Source of the DNA: an uncultured Chloroflexia bacterium
GTDB taxonomy: Bacteria; Chloroflexota; Limnocylindria; Limnocylindrales; CSP1-4
Assembly: GCA_963772565.1 (NCBI GenBank)
Contig: CAVYXU010000064.1
Coordinates: 2,666-66,665, forward strand
DNA: 64,000 bases
Direction of reading: 5' to 3'
Position 1 is the first letter of the stretch. Each line of letters starts with the position of its first letter. The translations under genes and the position numbers were made by a program. A model generated the notes under the pieces. The model worked only from the letters and a program-made list of their open reading frames with translations, made no database searches and was not told where the DNA came from. Below, in pieces: positions 37,499-48,951 of the stretch.

Positions 37499-40400
37499 TT
37501 GAGCAGCGAGGTTCTCGTAGGACAGGCGCCGTCGACGCTCGACCACGACAACCCCGAGGCGTACATCCCGCGGGATCGCCGGCGCGCCCTGTCGCAGTCG
37601 CTGGAGATGCCCGACCGCATCTCGGGTGCCGCGCTGTTCGCGGACATCAGCGGGTTCACTCCGCTCACCGAGGCCCTCACCCGGGAGCTGGGGCCCCAGC
37701 GCGGGTCAGAGGAGCTGACGGCGAACATCGGCCGTGTCTTCCACGCCGTGATCGGCGAGCTCGATGCCTTCGGCGGCGACGTCATCTACTTCTCGGGCGA
37801 CGCCATCACGTGCTGGATCGACCGCGACGACGGATCGACCGCGTGCGCCGCGGCCCTCGCGATGCAGCAGGCGATCGCTCGGTCCGGCCTGATCACGACA
37901 CCGGGCGGCTCCGAGGTCCGGCTGGCGATGAAGATCGCGATCGCCGTCGGGAACGCGCGTCGCTTCCTGGTCGGCGACCCGGAGATCCAGCTGATCGATG
38001 TCCTTGCGGGCCGGCTGATCGACGATCTCGCCGAGGCGGAGCACCACGCGGAAAAGGGCGAGATCGTGCTCGAGACGTCCGCGATCCGGAGCCTCGGCGA
38101 CCGCGTGACGCTGGGCGAGGTTCGCCGCGACGATGAGACCGACCACGACTACGCGGTCCTCAGCTCGCTCGACATCGAGGTCTCGCGCACGCCAGTCGTG
38201 GAGCCCCCTCCCCTCCCCGAGGACCTCGTCCGCCCGTGGCTGCTGCCCGCCGTCTACGAGCGGTTGCGGACCGGCCACGGCGAGTTCCTGACCGAGCTTC
38301 GGCTCGCGATCCCCGTGTTCCTTCGGTTCGGCGGGATCGACTACGACGACGATCCCCAGGCCGTGTCCAAGCTGGACGCCTTCGTCCGCGGCGCGCAACG
38401 GATCATGACCGCGTACGGGGGCAACGTCCTCCAGCTCACGCTGGGCGACAAAGGCGCCTACCTCTATGGCGTGTTCGGCTCGCCGATCGCGCACGAGGAC
38501 GACCCCGTCCGGGCCGCGGCCGCGGCGCTCGAGCTTCGCGACCTCGAGAAGACGACCGCTGCCCGGGACATCCAGATCGGCCTGACTCGCGGGACGCTGC
38601 GCAGCGGCACCTACGGCCACGCGATGCGCCGGACGTTCGTGTGCCTGGGCGACGAGGTCAACCTCTCGGCCCGCCTGATGTCGGCCGCGCCGCCGCGCCG
38701 GATCTATGTCAGCGAGCGGATCCAGCAGGGCGCCGGCGACTCGTTCATCTGGGAGCCGCTGCCCGACATGACGGTCAAGGGCAAGGCCAAGCCGGTTGCC
38801 GTTCGCTCGCTGATCGGCTCGCTCGCGCGGGCATCGAAACGGCGAACCAGGTTCGAGACGCCGATGGTCGGCCGGCGCGCCGAGCTTGCAACCCTCGACG
38901 GCGGGCTGGAATCGGCCATCGGGGGCCAGGGCCGCGTGGTGGGCATCTCGGCCGAGGCCGGGCTCGGCAAATCGCGCCTGGTCGCGGAGTTCATCCGCAA
39001 CGCGCGCCGCCGGGGCAGCCTCGTTGCGTACGGCGAGTGCGAGGCGTTCGGCACCAAGACCGCCTACTTCGTGTGGCGCGAGGTGTGGCGCCGCCTGCTT
39101 GGCCTGGAGGATGAGGATCCCGAGGCGCGGCAGATCCAGGCCATCGAGGACAGGCTTCGGGCCATCGACCCATCGCTCGTTCCCCGCGCCCCCCTGATCG
39201 GGCCGGTCGTCGGGCTCTCGATCCCCGACTCCGACCTCACCCGGTCGTTCGACGCCAAGCTCCGCAAGGGGTCGCTCGAGGACCTGCTCTCGGTTTGTCT
39301 GCGCGCGCGCGCAACGGATCGCCCGTTCGCCGTCGTCCTCGAGGACTGCCACTGGATCGACGAGCTGTCGCGCGATCTGCTCCAGGTGCTGGCGCGGGTC
39401 GCGGTGGGGCTGCCGGTGCTGTTCGTCGCGGCGTATCGCCCGGCCGCCGAACCGGGCGGCGGCCTCGGCCTCGAGCACCTGCCCAGCTTCTCCGAGCTGT
39501 CGCTCGACCTCATGGCACACGACGACATTGCGAAGATCGTCGAGGGCAAGGTCGCCCAGCTCGGGGGTGACGGACGGGACGTGTCGGACGCGCTGGTCGA
39601 GCTGCTCGCCACGCGCTCCGAGGGCAACCCGTTCTATGTCGAGGAGCTGCTGAGCTACGTCGTCGCGCAGGGGATCGACACCTCCGATCCCGCCGCCCTT
39701 GCGGCGGTCCGGTTGCCGGAGAGCCTCCAGAGCCTCGTCCTGAGCCGGATCGACGCGTCCGCCGAGGCGCCCCGCCAGACGATGAAGGTCGCCAGCGTCA
39801 TCGGGCGCACCTTCCTGGCGCCGATGCTGCCTGGCGCCTACGACGAGCTGGGAGCGCTCGAGACCGTGGTCGACCACCTGGATTCCCTGCGCACCCTCGA
39901 TCTCGTCGCCCTCGACCGCGAGGCCGAGCAGGCGTGGATGTTCAAGCACGCCGTGACCCGCGATGTCGCGTATGACAGCCTGCCGTTCGCGTTCAGGGCG
40001 ATCCTCCACGGGCGCGTCGCCGAGTACATCGAGCGGACGCAGGCCGACGACATCGAGCGCAACATCGCGCTCCTCGAGCACCACTACTGGCGGAGCGATC
40101 GCGAACAGAAGAAGCGCGAGTACCTGACCCGGGCCGCCGAGCAGGCGCAGGACTCGTACGCCAATGCCTCGGCGGTCGTGTACTTCGAGCGGCTGGTTCC
40201 CCTGATCGAGGGGACGGACCAGGTCGACGCGCGACTCAAGCTGGCCAAGGTCCTCCAGCTCACCGGCGAGGTCGGGCGCGCCGAGACGATCCTTCTCGAT
40301 GCCCGAGAGCAGGCCGCCGCGCTCGACGACACCCTCCGCATCGCACGCTGCGACCACGCGCTGGCTGAGACGGCGCGACGACTCGGCCGGTTCGATGACG

Positions 40401-41218
40401 CCGTTTCGCGGCTCGACGGCGCCCTCGAGGCGTTCACGGCCGTCGAGGATCGCGCCGGCATCGCCGACGTGTTCCACCTGGGCGGAACGATCGCGAACCA
40501 GCGAGGCGATGCGGCAGCGGCGCGCGACAGCTACGTCCGCGGTCTGGAGATTCGCGAACGGCTCGGTGACCAGGCGGGCATCGCGAACCTGGTCACCAAC
40601 CTCGGGATCGTGGCCACGGGTGGTGGCGACCTCGACCAGGCGCTCGCGTATCTCGAGCGGGGGGTCTCGATCTATCGCGAGCTCGGCGATCGCCGCGGCA
40701 GCTCCATCGCCGCGAACAACCTGGCCTGGGCGAGCATGATCGGCGGCGAGCCGGCGGCGGCGCGTCGCTACTCCGACGAGGCCGTTGGGCTCGCCCGTGA
40801 GATCGGCGACCGGTTCAACATCGTCGTCGGCCAGCACAACCTCGCGAACGCGCTCCGCCTGCTCGGTGAATGGAAGGCGGCGGGCGAGCAGTACGCCGCG
40901 GCCATGTCCGCGTATCGCGAGCTCGACGACCGGTGGGGCCTCGCGTTCCTGCTCGAGGATGTGGCGCTTTTCGCGGCCGGCTCAGGGCTGGCGCAGGAGG
41001 ATGCGTTCCGCCTCATCGGCGCGGCAGATACGCTGCGCGCCAATATCGGAGCGCCGCGAGAGGCATCGCTCGAACAGGACCTCGAGTCGCGGCTTGCGCC
41101 GGCTCTGGCCTCCATCGGCGATGAGGCGGTCGCGCGCGCGACTGATGAGGGCGGTGCGCTGAGCCTGGACGACGCGCTCGCGCTCGCGCTCCGGGTCTGC
41201 GACGGGGCCGAGAGCTGA
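37499..41218 (+). CDS. tandem class III nucleotidyl cyclase domains + P-loop (AAA_16/STAND-like) ATPase + TPR repeats, 1239 aa
   Basis: CHD1 has ALFADISGFTPLTEAL ... YFSGDAITCW. CHD2 has VFLRFGGIDYDD ... LTLGDKGAYLYGVFG ... CLGDEVNLSARLMS. Walker A is GISAEAGLGKSRLVAEF. The C-terminal ~450 aa are TPR-like (GDRAGIADVFHLGG..., GDQAGIANLVTNLG..., GDRRGSSIAANNLA...). Confidence 0.85.
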   Translation: MSSEVLVGQAPSTLDHDNPEAYIPRDRRRALSQSLEMPDRISGAALFADISGFTPLTEALTRELGPQRGSEELTANIGRVFHAVIGELDAFGGDVIYFSGDAITCWIDRDDGSTACAAALAMQQAIARSGLITTPGGSEVRLAMKIAIAVGNARRFLVGDPEIQLIDVLAGRLIDDLAEAEHHAEKGEIVLETSAIRSLGDRVTLGEVRRDDETDHDYAVLSSLDIEVSRTPVVEPPPLPEDLVRPWLLPAVYERLRTGHGEFLTELRLAIPVFLRFGGIDYDDDPQAVSKLDAFVRGAQRIMTAYGGNVLQLTLGDKGAYLYGVFGSPIAHEDDPVRAAAAALELRDLEKTTAARDIQIGLTRGTLRSGTYGHAMRRTFVCLGDEVNLSARLMSAAPPRRIYVSERIQQGAGDSFIWEPLPDMTVKGKAKPVAVRSLIGSLARASKRRTRFETPMVGRRAELATLDGGLESAIGGQGRVVGISAEAGLGKSRLVAEFIRNARRRGSLVAYGECEAFGTKTAYFVWREVWRRLLGLEDEDPEARQIQAIEDRLRAIDPSLVPRAPLIGPVVGLSIPDSDLTRSFDAKLRKGSLEDLLSVCLRARATDRPFAVVLEDCHWIDELSRDLLQVLARVAVGLPVLFVAAYRPAAEPGGGLGLEHLPSFSELSLDLMAHDDIAKIVEGKVAQLGGDGRDVSDALVELLATRSEGNPFYVEELLSYVVAQGIDTSDPAALAAVRLPESLQSLVLSRIDASAEAPRQTMKVASVIGRTFLAPMLPGAYDELGALETVVDHLDSLRTLDLVALDREAEQAWMFKHAVTRDVAYDSLPFAFRAILHGRVAEYIERTQADDIERNIALLEHHYWRSDREQKKREYLTRAAEQAQDSYANASAVVYFERLVPLIEGTDQVDARLKLAKVLQLTGEVGRAETILLDAREQAAALDDTLRIARCDHALAETARRLGRFDDAVSRLDGALEAFTAVEDRAGIADVFHLGGTIANQRGDAAAARDSYVRGLEIRERLGDQAGIANLVTNLGIVATGGGDLDQALAYLERGVSIYRELGDRRGSSIAANNLAWASMIGGEPAAARRYSDEAVGLAREIGDRFNIVVGQHNLANALRLLGEWKAAGEQYAAAMSAYRELDDRWGLAFLLEDVALFAAGSGLAQEDAFRLIGAADTLRANIGAPREASLEQDLESRLAPALASIGDEAVARATDEGGALSLDDALALALRVCDGAES

Positions 41219-41220
41219 CG

Positions 41221-41240
41221 GTGGTGCGACAGCGCACCAC
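41221..41240 (+). terminator. hairpin 3 nt after the cyclase-gene stop
   Basis: GTGGTGCG-acag-CGCACCAC is a perfect 8-bp stem. There is no U-tract, which is usual for high-GC genomes. Confidence 0.45.
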
Positions 41241-41399
41241 GACCGGGACGTATGGGCCATGCAGCCCTGCCCAGCCGTACCATTCGGCCCCCGGACGCGA
41301 TAGAGTGCCCTGAACGCGCGGGAAGCGCGAATGAGGCGACGATGGCGGTCGACGGGGGTCGCCGGACAGCCGAGCTTCCTGCACATCGGAGGCGTCAAC

Positions 41400-44300
41400 G
41401 TGTCCCTATTCCCTCGGAAGCGCCGAGACCGCCACGGCCTGAGCACGTCCTCGAGCTCCGGAACCTCGGCGCGTGAGCGCGCACGAGCCTTCTTTCTTGC
41501 CGCCCTCATCGGTTCGCAGTTCATCAGCTTCGCCGCCCCGGTTGCCGTCAGCGCCGGCCAGACGGTCGCCCCAAGCCTCGCGGTCGGCCTCTATCACGGC
41601 AAAGGCGGGTCCAGCTACCAGGGGTTCAACGGCAAGGGATCGGCATACCCGAACCCGCAGAACCTGACCCAGTGGGGTGGCGGGGACTGGCGCCTGTGGG
41701 GAGCCGGCGGCGATACCACGGTCACGGGCATCGGGCAGGCGCACGGACGCTCCCTGATCAGCAACCTCGGTGTGATTCCGCCGACCGGCGGATCGGTCAA
41801 TGGCCTCGCGGGGGCAGATGGCACGCGACCGTTCACCTTCCAGTGGACCGACGGCAGCAACACACCGGGCGGCACCGGATCCGACGTCCTCGCCGGCGTC
41901 AAGCCGGCCAGCGCGGGAGCGGGCTCCGGCTTCTCGCTCGCGGTTCCGCTCGCCAAGGACGTGGAGCGGGTCCGGCTGTGGGTGTCTGCATACGAGGGAA
42001 CCGGTGTCCTGACGGCGACGGTCCCGGGTCTGCCCGCGCAAACCAACTCGGACATGGTCGGCAAGACCAACGACCACGGCGGCGTGTTCGAGATCGACGC
42101 CAAGGGATCGGGCGACATGACCGTCACGTTCACGTTGACGTGTCCCCAGAACGGGGGCTGCACGGCCGACTCGCACGTGACCATGTACGCCGCCGCGTAC
42201 ACCTGGACGGGCGAGCCACCGGCGTTCTCGGTTGACGTTGCCAGCGGCCAGCCGGATGCGTTCACGCTTGTCCAGGGCAACACTGACACGGACCAGAACG
42301 GCATCCCGCTCACCAGCGGGGTGACCACGACCGTCATCAACGGTCCGGTTGCCTCGGTCGACCTTCTGCCGGCCGTGACCACCGACGATGGTGGATCCGT
42401 CCTGACCTGCGGGTCTTCGGGCGTCGATCCCTGCCTCACTGCGTCGGTCACGCCCAGCCCGGTCCAGAGCTTCCCGGCCACATCGGCGGTCATGCTCCAC
42501 GCGGCCACGGATATCGCGGCCGGGATCTACCACGTCACGGTCACGGGAATGGAGTCCGGCGGCGCGGCCGACGTCAACACGGCGAACTTCACCGTCACGG
42601 TCCTGCCACTCACGCAGGTGCCGTTCCTGTATCGGGCGTTCCCCAACGACACCGGAGGCGTGACGGTCACCGGCGTGATGCACGGCGATGCGAACCAGAC
42701 GTACCGCATCCAGCTGTCCTCTGCCACGACGTGCGACGCGAACCGTGTCGCGGGCGGCACCGTCACCGCCGGGCCGATCGTCGAGGTCCCGACGGATGAC
42801 AGCGGCCTCGCGTTCATCGGACACGCGGTCTCCCTGGCGCCAGCGACCGCGTACGTCACCGCCCAGGCCATCGCCTATGAGACGACCGCCCCCGACGGCA
42901 CGACGTCCTGGACCGATATCACCAGCACCACCGACCGCGGACCGTGCATCGTCGTCAGCGACCCCAACGAGTCCTGGCCATGGGCCAAGCCGATCACGGC
43001 GGGGTCGAACGGCCTCGTCAGCTTCAGCGACAACCAGTACGTGGACGACTTCGGTCGATCGCGCTGGTACATGTTCCAGGTCCGGCCCGGCAGCAAGGTC
43101 CACGTCACCATCTCGGGGCTCCCCAAGGACTTCGACGTCTACCTGTTCCGCGACATCCTCCAGGCCTACCAGGCCGGCGGCAGCCTCCTGCAGCAGACCG
43201 CGTCGTATGCGCCGCCGAGCTATGCGCCGCCGAGCTACGCACCGCCGAGCTACGCACCGGATTCGTACGCACCCCCGAGCTATGCCCCGCCGAGCTATGC
43301 GCCGCCCAGCTATGCACCCCCGAGCTATGCGCCGCCGAGCTACGCGCCGCCGAGCTACGCCCCGCCCAGCTACGCCCCGCCCAGCTACGCCCCGCCCAGC
43401 TATGCCCCGCCCAGCTATGCCCCGCCGAGCTATGCCGCGGACGCGTGGGCCCCGCCGAGCTATGCGCCCCCGAGCTATGCGCCGCCGAGCTATGCGTCGA
43501 CAAGCTACGCGAGCGCGCAGACCGCGAGCCTGATCGGGTGGAACGTTGACGGCGGGACGCTGACGGCAACGATCGACGCGAACACCTGGACGAACACGGG
43601 CAACTTCTACGTCCGCGTGAACGGCAAGTCCGGCCTGTACGACATCACGCACTCATTCCACATCGGGATCACGACCGACCCGAGCGTCTGCGAGGGCGTC
43701 GGGCCGCTCAGCGCCGGCACCCCGGCCCGGCCGAGCCTCGACCCGTCGTCGACCGCCGAGTCGCTCATCCTCTGGGACAGCAGCCGGATCACCGGCAACG
43801 CCGACCCCGCTCAGCCGCAGGCTGCCGCTGTCGACGCGCTCCGCGCCAAGCTCGCCGAGCTCGCCGCTCGGTCCGACGTCAACGGCGCCGTCGTCGACCT
43901 CGCCTCCGACACCCGCGTGCAGACGCTGAACGCACAGGCGGACGCCCATGCGTCGTGCGTCTACGCGAAGAACCTTGTCGCGGACGAGATCAAGGACATC
44001 GTCAGCAAGCACCGCGAGGGCAACCCCGCCTTGAAGTACGTGGTGCTCGTCGGCGGGGACGGCTCGATCCCCTTCTTCCGTTACCCGGATCCGGCATATC
44101 TCGGACCTGAATCCGCCTACGTGCCGCCCGTCAAGGCCGGCAGTGCATCGGAAGCGTCTCTCGGCTTCAACTACGTCCTCGGCCAGGACGAGTACGGTTC
44201 GACGACCGTCCTGAGCGTGGGGTCCGCACGCATCCCGATCCCGGACCTCGCAGTGGGCCGTCTGGTCGAGACGGCCGCCGATGCGATGGCCATGATCGAC

Positions 44301-47300
44301 GCCTACTCCCCCGCGACGGCGGGCGCTGCACTCAAGACCCTGACGCCGACGTCCGCGCTCGAAACCGGTTATGACTTCCTGGCCGATACCGCCCATGCGG
44401 TTTCCGACCAGCTGACGACCGGGATGGGAGCTGGCGCGACCAACACGGAGCTGATCTCCGAGTACGGCGCGCCTCAGACGCCATGTCTGGCCGGCGCAAC
44501 CCCCGGCAGCACATGCAGCTGGACCGCGGACCAGCTTCGCACAGCCCTCCTTGGCCAGCGCCACGACCTGATCTTCCTGGGTGGCCACTTCTCCGCCAAC
44601 GAGGCGCTCGCCGCGGACTTCACCACGCGCGTGAACGTGTCGGAGCTCGCCGCCTCGACAGTGGACCTCAAGAACACCGTCGTCTTCAGCAACGGCTGCC
44701 ATTCCGGGTACAACATCGTCAACGGTGACGCCATCACCGGCGTGACCGAGCCGCTCGACTGGGCAGAGGCCTTCGCCCAGAAGGGTGCGACGCTGATCGC
44801 CGGCACGGGCTACCAGTACGGCGACACCGACTTCCTCGAGTACAGCGAGCGGATCTACAGCGAGTTCGCGCACCAGCTGCGGGTCGGGACCGGACCGGTG
44901 GCCGTCGGCGATGCGCTGGTCGCCTCCAAGCTCCTCTACATGAGCACGACCCAGTCGCTCTCGGGTCTCCACGAGAAGGCGATCCTCGAATCGGCGTTGT
45001 TCGGCCTGCCGATGTTCAAGGTCGACATGCCGGGACGCGACACCTCTCAGGGGTCGGGCCCGCAGTCGCTCACGTTCAACGCCGGCGATGCGACCGGCGG
45101 CGGGCTCACCTGGACCGAGCTCAATACCGCGACGAGCACCGCGCAGCACAACAAGGCTCTCAGCGTCCTCAATCCGGACGGAACCACGAGCAGCTCCATC
45201 TGGACGACATGGTTCTCAGGTCCCAGCGGCGAGAGCATCAATCCCGGTGATCCTGTCCTTCCGCTCGACGTCCGCAATGTCACCCAGGCGAGCAAGGTGC
45301 TCCGGGGCGTCGTCTTCCTCGGCGGGAGCTACACCGACAAGACCTCCGTGCCCGTGGCCGGGGGCAACGTCCCCGTCGTGCCGTTGACGGCGACGGCAGG
45401 CACGGAGCTCGGTGGGACCCACCTCGGGTTCGGCTCGCCCACGTTCTATCCCGAACGTCCGTGGAGCGTGAACTACTTCGACGAGCTCGCCGGATCGGGC
45501 GGTGTCACGAACCTGCTCCTGACGCCGGCGCAGCACCGTGCCCTCGCGGCCGGTGGCGACAGCGCGCTGCTCCGGCTGTACTCCGACCTCGATGTGCGCA
45601 TGTACTACCTGGATTCGAGCGTAGACCCCGCCGCCGCGGTATCGACGGCGCTCGCACCCAGCATCTCCGACGTGTCCGGCACGTTCGTCGGCGATGGGCA
45701 GGTGACCTTCAAGGCGAAGGCGATCGGCGACCCGTTCGCCGGCACGCTTCACGCGTGGATCACCTACACGCTCGGACCTGACTCGAGTGGCCACGGCACG
45801 TGGCTATCGGTCCCGCTCACTGCCCCGACCGACGGCTCGAACGTCTGGACCGCAACCGCAGCCTCGGTCCCCGGGGTCACCACGGCGAACCTTGCCAACC
45901 TCCGGTTCATGGCCCAGGCGGTGAGCACGGGTGGCGCGGTCTCGCTGGACACCAACTTCGGCCAGTACTACGGGGCCGGCGAGGCCCCGCCGCCGAGCTC
46001 GATGAGCCTGGCGCTTGCCGCTCCGAGTGGCGCGTACGGCACCTCGGTGCATGCGACGGCCACGCTCTCCCCCGCCGTCTCCGGCAAGACCATCATCTTC
46101 AAGCTCGGGTCGTCGACCAGGACGGCGACGACGGTGAGCGGCACCGCCTCTGCGGACCTCCCGCTCCTGGCCACTCCTGGCGACTACACGGCGACCGCGA
46201 GCTTCGTCGGTGACGACACGCTCGGCTCCAGCCTGGCCGTTCAGCCGTTCACGATCAACAAGATCCCGACCACGACGACCATCTCCCATAACGCCGCGTA
46301 TCCGCTCCAGGCGGGCGCGGAAAGCGGCGTCACCGCCGTCGTGAAGGACGCCAACGGGGACCCGATTGCCTTCCGCACGATGCTGTTCGTCGTCGATGGC
46401 TTCCGCGGAGACCCCATCGATCCCGGCATCGCGCCATTCGGCTACACCGTGGCGCGACTCACGGACGCGACGGGCACCGCACACCTCGGCCCGATCCCGA
46501 CCCCGTTCGCCGGCGGCAAGGACTACGTGATCACGGCGTACTACGCGTCGACGTTCACATCCGTTCCCGACGGGAGCCAGGTCGACGCCAGGGATCTCGT
46601 GTACAACGGCAGCAGCGCCCCGCTCCCGGTCGAAGGAACGATCACGATCGCGAAGGGCGACCAGACCATCACCTTCGATCCGATCTCGTCGAAGACCTTT
46701 GGGGACGCTCCGTTCGACGTGAGCGCAACCGCCTCGTCCGGGCTGGCAGTGAGCCTGTCCGCCTCGGGCGCCTGTTCCGTCGCGGCGACGGCAGGTACGT
46801 GGACGGTCACCATCAACAGCGCCGGGAGCTGCGAGATCACCGCATCCCAGGGCGGCGACGGCACGTGGAGTCAGGCACCGGACGTCAAGCGGACCTTCTC
46901 GACGGGCAAGGCCCTCGCCACGGTCACGCTCGGCGATCTCCAGCAGACGTACGACGGCACTGCCGAGCACGTGACGGCGACAACAACGCCGGCCGATCTC
47001 GCTGTCACGCTCACCTACGACGGGATCGCGACCGAGCCGATCCATGCGGGCACCTACGCGGTGGTCGCCACCATCAACGACACCAACTACCAGGGCACCG
47101 CCACCGGGTCCCTCATCATCGACAAGGCGGGCTCGTCGGTGACCATCGACTGCACGACCGGCGCGCCGTTCACGTATACCGGCTCGGCCATCGAACCGTG
47201 CACCGCCCAGGTGACGGGCGCGGGGCTGATCCCGTTCTCGGTGCCGGTCAGCTATGGCAGCAACGTCAACGCCGGAACTGCGACCGCGGGCGCGAGCTGG

Positions 47301-48860
47301 GGCGGCGATGCCGACCACACCGCGAGCAGCAGCTCGACGACGTTCAACATCGACCCGGCTCCGTCGACGACGACCGTGACCTGCACCGCGAGCTCGTTCC
47401 CCTACACCGGCCTCCCGATCACCCCGTGTTCGGCCACGGTGACCGGTGCCGGCGGATCCAGCCAGAGCGCCCCGGTGACGTACACCGACAACATCAACCC
47501 GGGCACCGCGCACGCGTCCGCATCGTTCGCGGGCGATGCGAACCATGCCGGGAGCAGTGATTCCAGGACCTTCAGCATCACCTATGCGCCGATCTCCCTG
47601 ACCGTCGCGGCTGCGCCGAAGGGACCCAACCCGGCGATCCAATACAGCGACACGATCACCCTGACCGCCAGCGCGCAGGCGACGGCGAGCGGGTCGATCA
47701 CGTTCACGTTCGCGGGCAAGTCCTACCCGTCGGTCACCATGACCGGCGGCTCCGCGACGCTCGACGTCCTGATCGACGACACCGTCATCCCGATCGGCGC
47801 GGGCGCGTACCCGCTGTCAGCGTCGTACACACCCACCGGTGGCGGCTTCCTGGCCGGCTCGTCGTCCACGACCATCGACGTCCTGCGCGAAGGCGCGGCA
47901 GGAACACCCGCGGCGCCCTATGCGGACGGATCCTCCCGGATCGACGCGCCCCCGGTGGCGGTCGCCCACAACACGGAGCCGGTCCTGACGGCAAGGATCG
48001 TCCAGGGCCAGGCGCCGGAGGCTGCGGACGTCAGCCCGGTCGACTTCACGAAGACGCCGGTCTCCGTCGTGTTCCAGGTCTTTGACGCTGGCTGCGACAC
48101 CGGTTGCGAAACGACCCCGTTGTTCACCTCGGCACCGATCCCGGTGTCCGCCACCGGCGACGCGTCCATCGTCGCTCCAAAGTTCGGTGACGGCGTGTAC
48201 CTCGTGGTCGTCAAAGCTGTTGCCAACGGGTATATCCGGCCACTGGTCGCGGAAACGGCCCTGACCATCTCGACTCCCAGCGGCACGTTTGTGACGGGCG
48301 CCGGGTTCGCCACCACTGACTCGACCTCCAACGCCGGCAACAAGCGCGGCCAGTTCGGGTTCAACGTCAAGGGCGGCTCCAACCCGGCCGGCAGCGCGAT
48401 CTACATCTACAGGATGTGGCTCGACGTGACCCACTCCACCGCAACCAGCCTCGTGACCTGCACGACGCTTGGCCCGATCCCGGCCTCGTCGGGCGACTGC
48501 CGCGCCGTGGATGTCCTGATCCGCTCGACATCGATCTCCAGCGAGACGCTGGCCAAGGGGAACAACTACCCGCTCACCGGCTACGTGATCGGCAAGGCCC
48601 TCATCCAGTACGTCGACGCGGCCGACGGGTCCACGATCTACCCCTCGCTGGGCATCACCGGCGGCGACCTGCGCCTCGACGGCTCCGACAGCGGCAACGC
48701 CGGCGGGGCCGGTGACAAGTTCGGCCTCTCGCTGTACCAGGCGTCCGGCAGGAGCTACACACTTTGGCACCAGGCGAACCTCGGCTCGGGCCAGACGGGC
48801 CCCACCAAGAGCACCAACCAGCTCGTCATTGGTGGCGGCGATATCACCATCCACAAGTAG
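41400..48860 (+). CDS. giant secreted multidomain protein (2486 aa) with a clan-CD (gingipain C25/caspase-fold)-like core, PPC-type domain, YAPPS repeat array and many Ig-like/MBG-type repeats
   Basis: GTG at 41400 with GGAGG 7 nt upstream. Signal peptide [26 protein letters not shown]|[17 protein letters not shown]; [12 protein letters not shown] (His codon 44586..44588); [12 protein letters not shown] (Cys codon 44697..44699). Repeated ...TYDGT...YAG..NY.G....S..I.KA modules. C-terminal ...GDKFGLSLY...[12 protein letters not shown]. Confidence 0.85.
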   Translation: MSLFPRKRRDRHGLSTSSSSGTSARERARAFFLAALIGSQFISFAAPVAVSAGQTVAPSLAVGLYHGKGGSSYQGFNGKGSAYPNPQNLTQWGGGDWRLWGAGGDTTVTGIGQAHGRSLISNLGVIPPTGGSVNGLAGADGTRPFTFQWTDGSNTPGGTGSDVLAGVKPASAGAGSGFSLAVPLAKDVERVRLWVSAYEGTGVLTATVPGLPAQTNSDMVGKTNDHGGVFEIDAKGSGDMTVTFTLTCPQNGGCTADSHVTMYAAAYTWTGEPPAFSVDVASGQPDAFTLVQGNTDTDQNGIPLTSGVTTTVINGPVASVDLLPAVTTDDGGSVLTCGSSGVDPCLTASVTPSPVQSFPATSAVMLHAATDIAAGIYHVTVTGMESGGAADVNTANFTVTVLPLTQVPFLYRAFPNDTGGVTVTGVMHGDANQTYRIQLSSATTCDANRVAGGTVTAGPIVEVPTDDSGLAFIGHAVSLAPATAYVTAQAIAYETTAPDGTTSWTDITSTTDRGPCIVVSDPNESWPWAKPITAGSNGLVSFSDNQYVDDFGRSRWYMFQVRPGSKVHVTISGLPKDFDVYLFRDILQAYQAGGSLLQQTASYAPPSYAPPSYAPPSYAPDSYAPPSYAPPSYAPPSYAPPSYAPPSYAPPSYAPPSYAPPSYAPPSYAPPSYAPPSYAADAWAPPSYAPPSYAPPSYASTSYASAQTASLIGWNVDGGTLTATIDANTWTNTGNFYVRVNGKSGLYDITHSFHIGITTDPSVCEGVGPLSAGTPARPSLDPSSTAESLILWDSSRITGNADPAQPQAAAVDALRAKLAELAARSDVNGAVVDLASDTRVQTLNAQADAHASCVYAKNLVADEIKDIVSKHREGNPALKYVVLVGGDGSIPFFRYPDPAYLGPESAYVPPVKAGSASEASLGFNYVLGQDEYGSTTVLSVGSARIPIPDLAVGRLVETAADAMAMIDAYSPATAGAALKTLTPTSALETGYDFLADTAHAVSDQLTTGMGAGATNTELISEYGAPQTPCLAGATPGSTCSWTADQLRTALLGQRHDLIFLGGHFSANEALAADFTTRVNVSELAASTVDLKNTVVFSNGCHSGYNIVNGDAITGVTEPLDWAEAFAQKGATLIAGTGYQYGDTDFLEYSERIYSEFAHQLRVGTGPVAVGDALVASKLLYMSTTQSLSGLHEKAILESALFGLPMFKVDMPGRDTSQGSGPQSLTFNAGDATGGGLTWTELNTATSTAQHNKALSVLNPDGTTSSSIWTTWFSGPSGESINPGDPVLPLDVRNVTQASKVLRGVVFLGGSYTDKTSVPVAGGNVPVVPLTATAGTELGGTHLGFGSPTFYPERPWSVNYFDELAGSGGVTNLLLTPAQHRALAAGGDSALLRLYSDLDVRMYYLDSSVDPAAAVSTALAPSISDVSGTFVGDGQVTFKAKAIGDPFAGTLHAWITYTLGPDSSGHGTWLSVPLTAPTDGSNVWTATAASVPGVTTANLANLRFMAQAVSTGGAVSLDTNFGQYYGAGEAPPPSSMSLALAAPSGAYGTSVHATATLSPAVSGKTIIFKLGSSTRTATTVSGTASADLPLLATPGDYTATASFVGDDTLGSSLAVQPFTINKIPTTTTISHNAAYPLQAGAESGVTAVVKDANGDPIAFRTMLFVVDGFRGDPIDPGIAPFGYTVARLTDATGTAHLGPIPTPFAGGKDYVITAYYASTFTSVPDGSQVDARDLVYNGSSAPLPVEGTITIAKGDQTITFDPISSKTFGDAPFDVSATASSGLAVSLSASGACSVAATAGTWTVTINSAGSCEITASQGGDGTWSQAPDVKRTFSTGKALATVTLGDLQQTYDGTAEHVTATTTPADLAVTLTYDGIATEPIHAGTYAVVATINDTNYQGTATGSLIIDKAGSSVTIDCTTGAPFTYTGSAIEPCTAQVTGAGLIPFSVPVSYGSNVNAGTATAGASWGGDADHTASSSSTTFNIDPAPSTTTVTCTASSFPYTGLPITPCSATVTGAGGSSQSAPVTYTDNINPGTAHASASFAGDANHAGSSDSRTFSITYAPISLTVAAAPKGPNPAIQYSDTITLTASAQATASGSITFTFAGKSYPSVTMTGGSATLDVLIDDTVIPIGAGAYPLSASYTPTGGGFLAGSSSTTIDVLREGAAGTPAAPYADGSSRIDAPPVAVAHNTEPVLTARIVQGQAPEAADVSPVDFTKTPVSVVFQVFDAGCDTGCETTPLFTSAPIPVSATGDASIVAPKFGDGVYLVVVKAVANGYIRPLVAETALTISTPSGTFVTGAGFATTDSTSNAGNKRGQFGFNVKGGSNPAGSAIYIYRMWLDVTHSTATSLVTCTTLGPIPASSGDCRAVDVLIRSTSISSETLAKGNNYPLTGYVIGKALIQYVDAADGSTIYPSLGITGGDLRLDGSDSGNAGGAGDKFGLSLYQASGRSYTLWHQANLGSGQTGPTKSTNQLVIGGGDITIHK
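43206..43520 (+). repeat. 21 tandem 15-bp units encoding (Y-A-P-P-S)n
   Basis: Units start every 15 nt from 43206: 14 exact YAPPS plus variants [25 protein letters not shown]. Units differ mainly at synonymous third positions (tat/tac, gcg/gca/gcc, ccg/ccc). Confidence 0.95.
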
Positions 48861-48908
48861 CAGCGCGAGGCGGACGGCATCCCGTCCGCCCTGTCACCCG
48901 CCGTCAGC

Positions 48909-48939
48909 AGAACCCCTTCCGGTCATCGGGAGGGGTTCT
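48909..48939 (+). terminator. hairpin terminator downstream of the giant gene
   Basis: AGAACCCCT-(13 nt)-AGGGGTTCT is a perfect 9-bp stem lying 49 nt after the stop at 48860. Confidence 0.6.
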
Positions 48940-48951
48940 CGTTGAGATCGG

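Noticed and set aside
37706-40837. 1043-aa minus-strand ORF
   Set aside because: It is antisense to the cyclase-ATPase-TPR gene, whose plus-strand product has clear CHD, Walker A and TPR motifs. The minus-strand product is low-complexity Arg/Asp/Gly-rich.
41406-47642. Long minus-strand ORFs 41406..43652, 43653..45149 and 45804..47642
   Set aside because: All are antisense shadows of the giant plus-strand gene, with Arg/Gly/Asp-rich composition and no recognisable domains.
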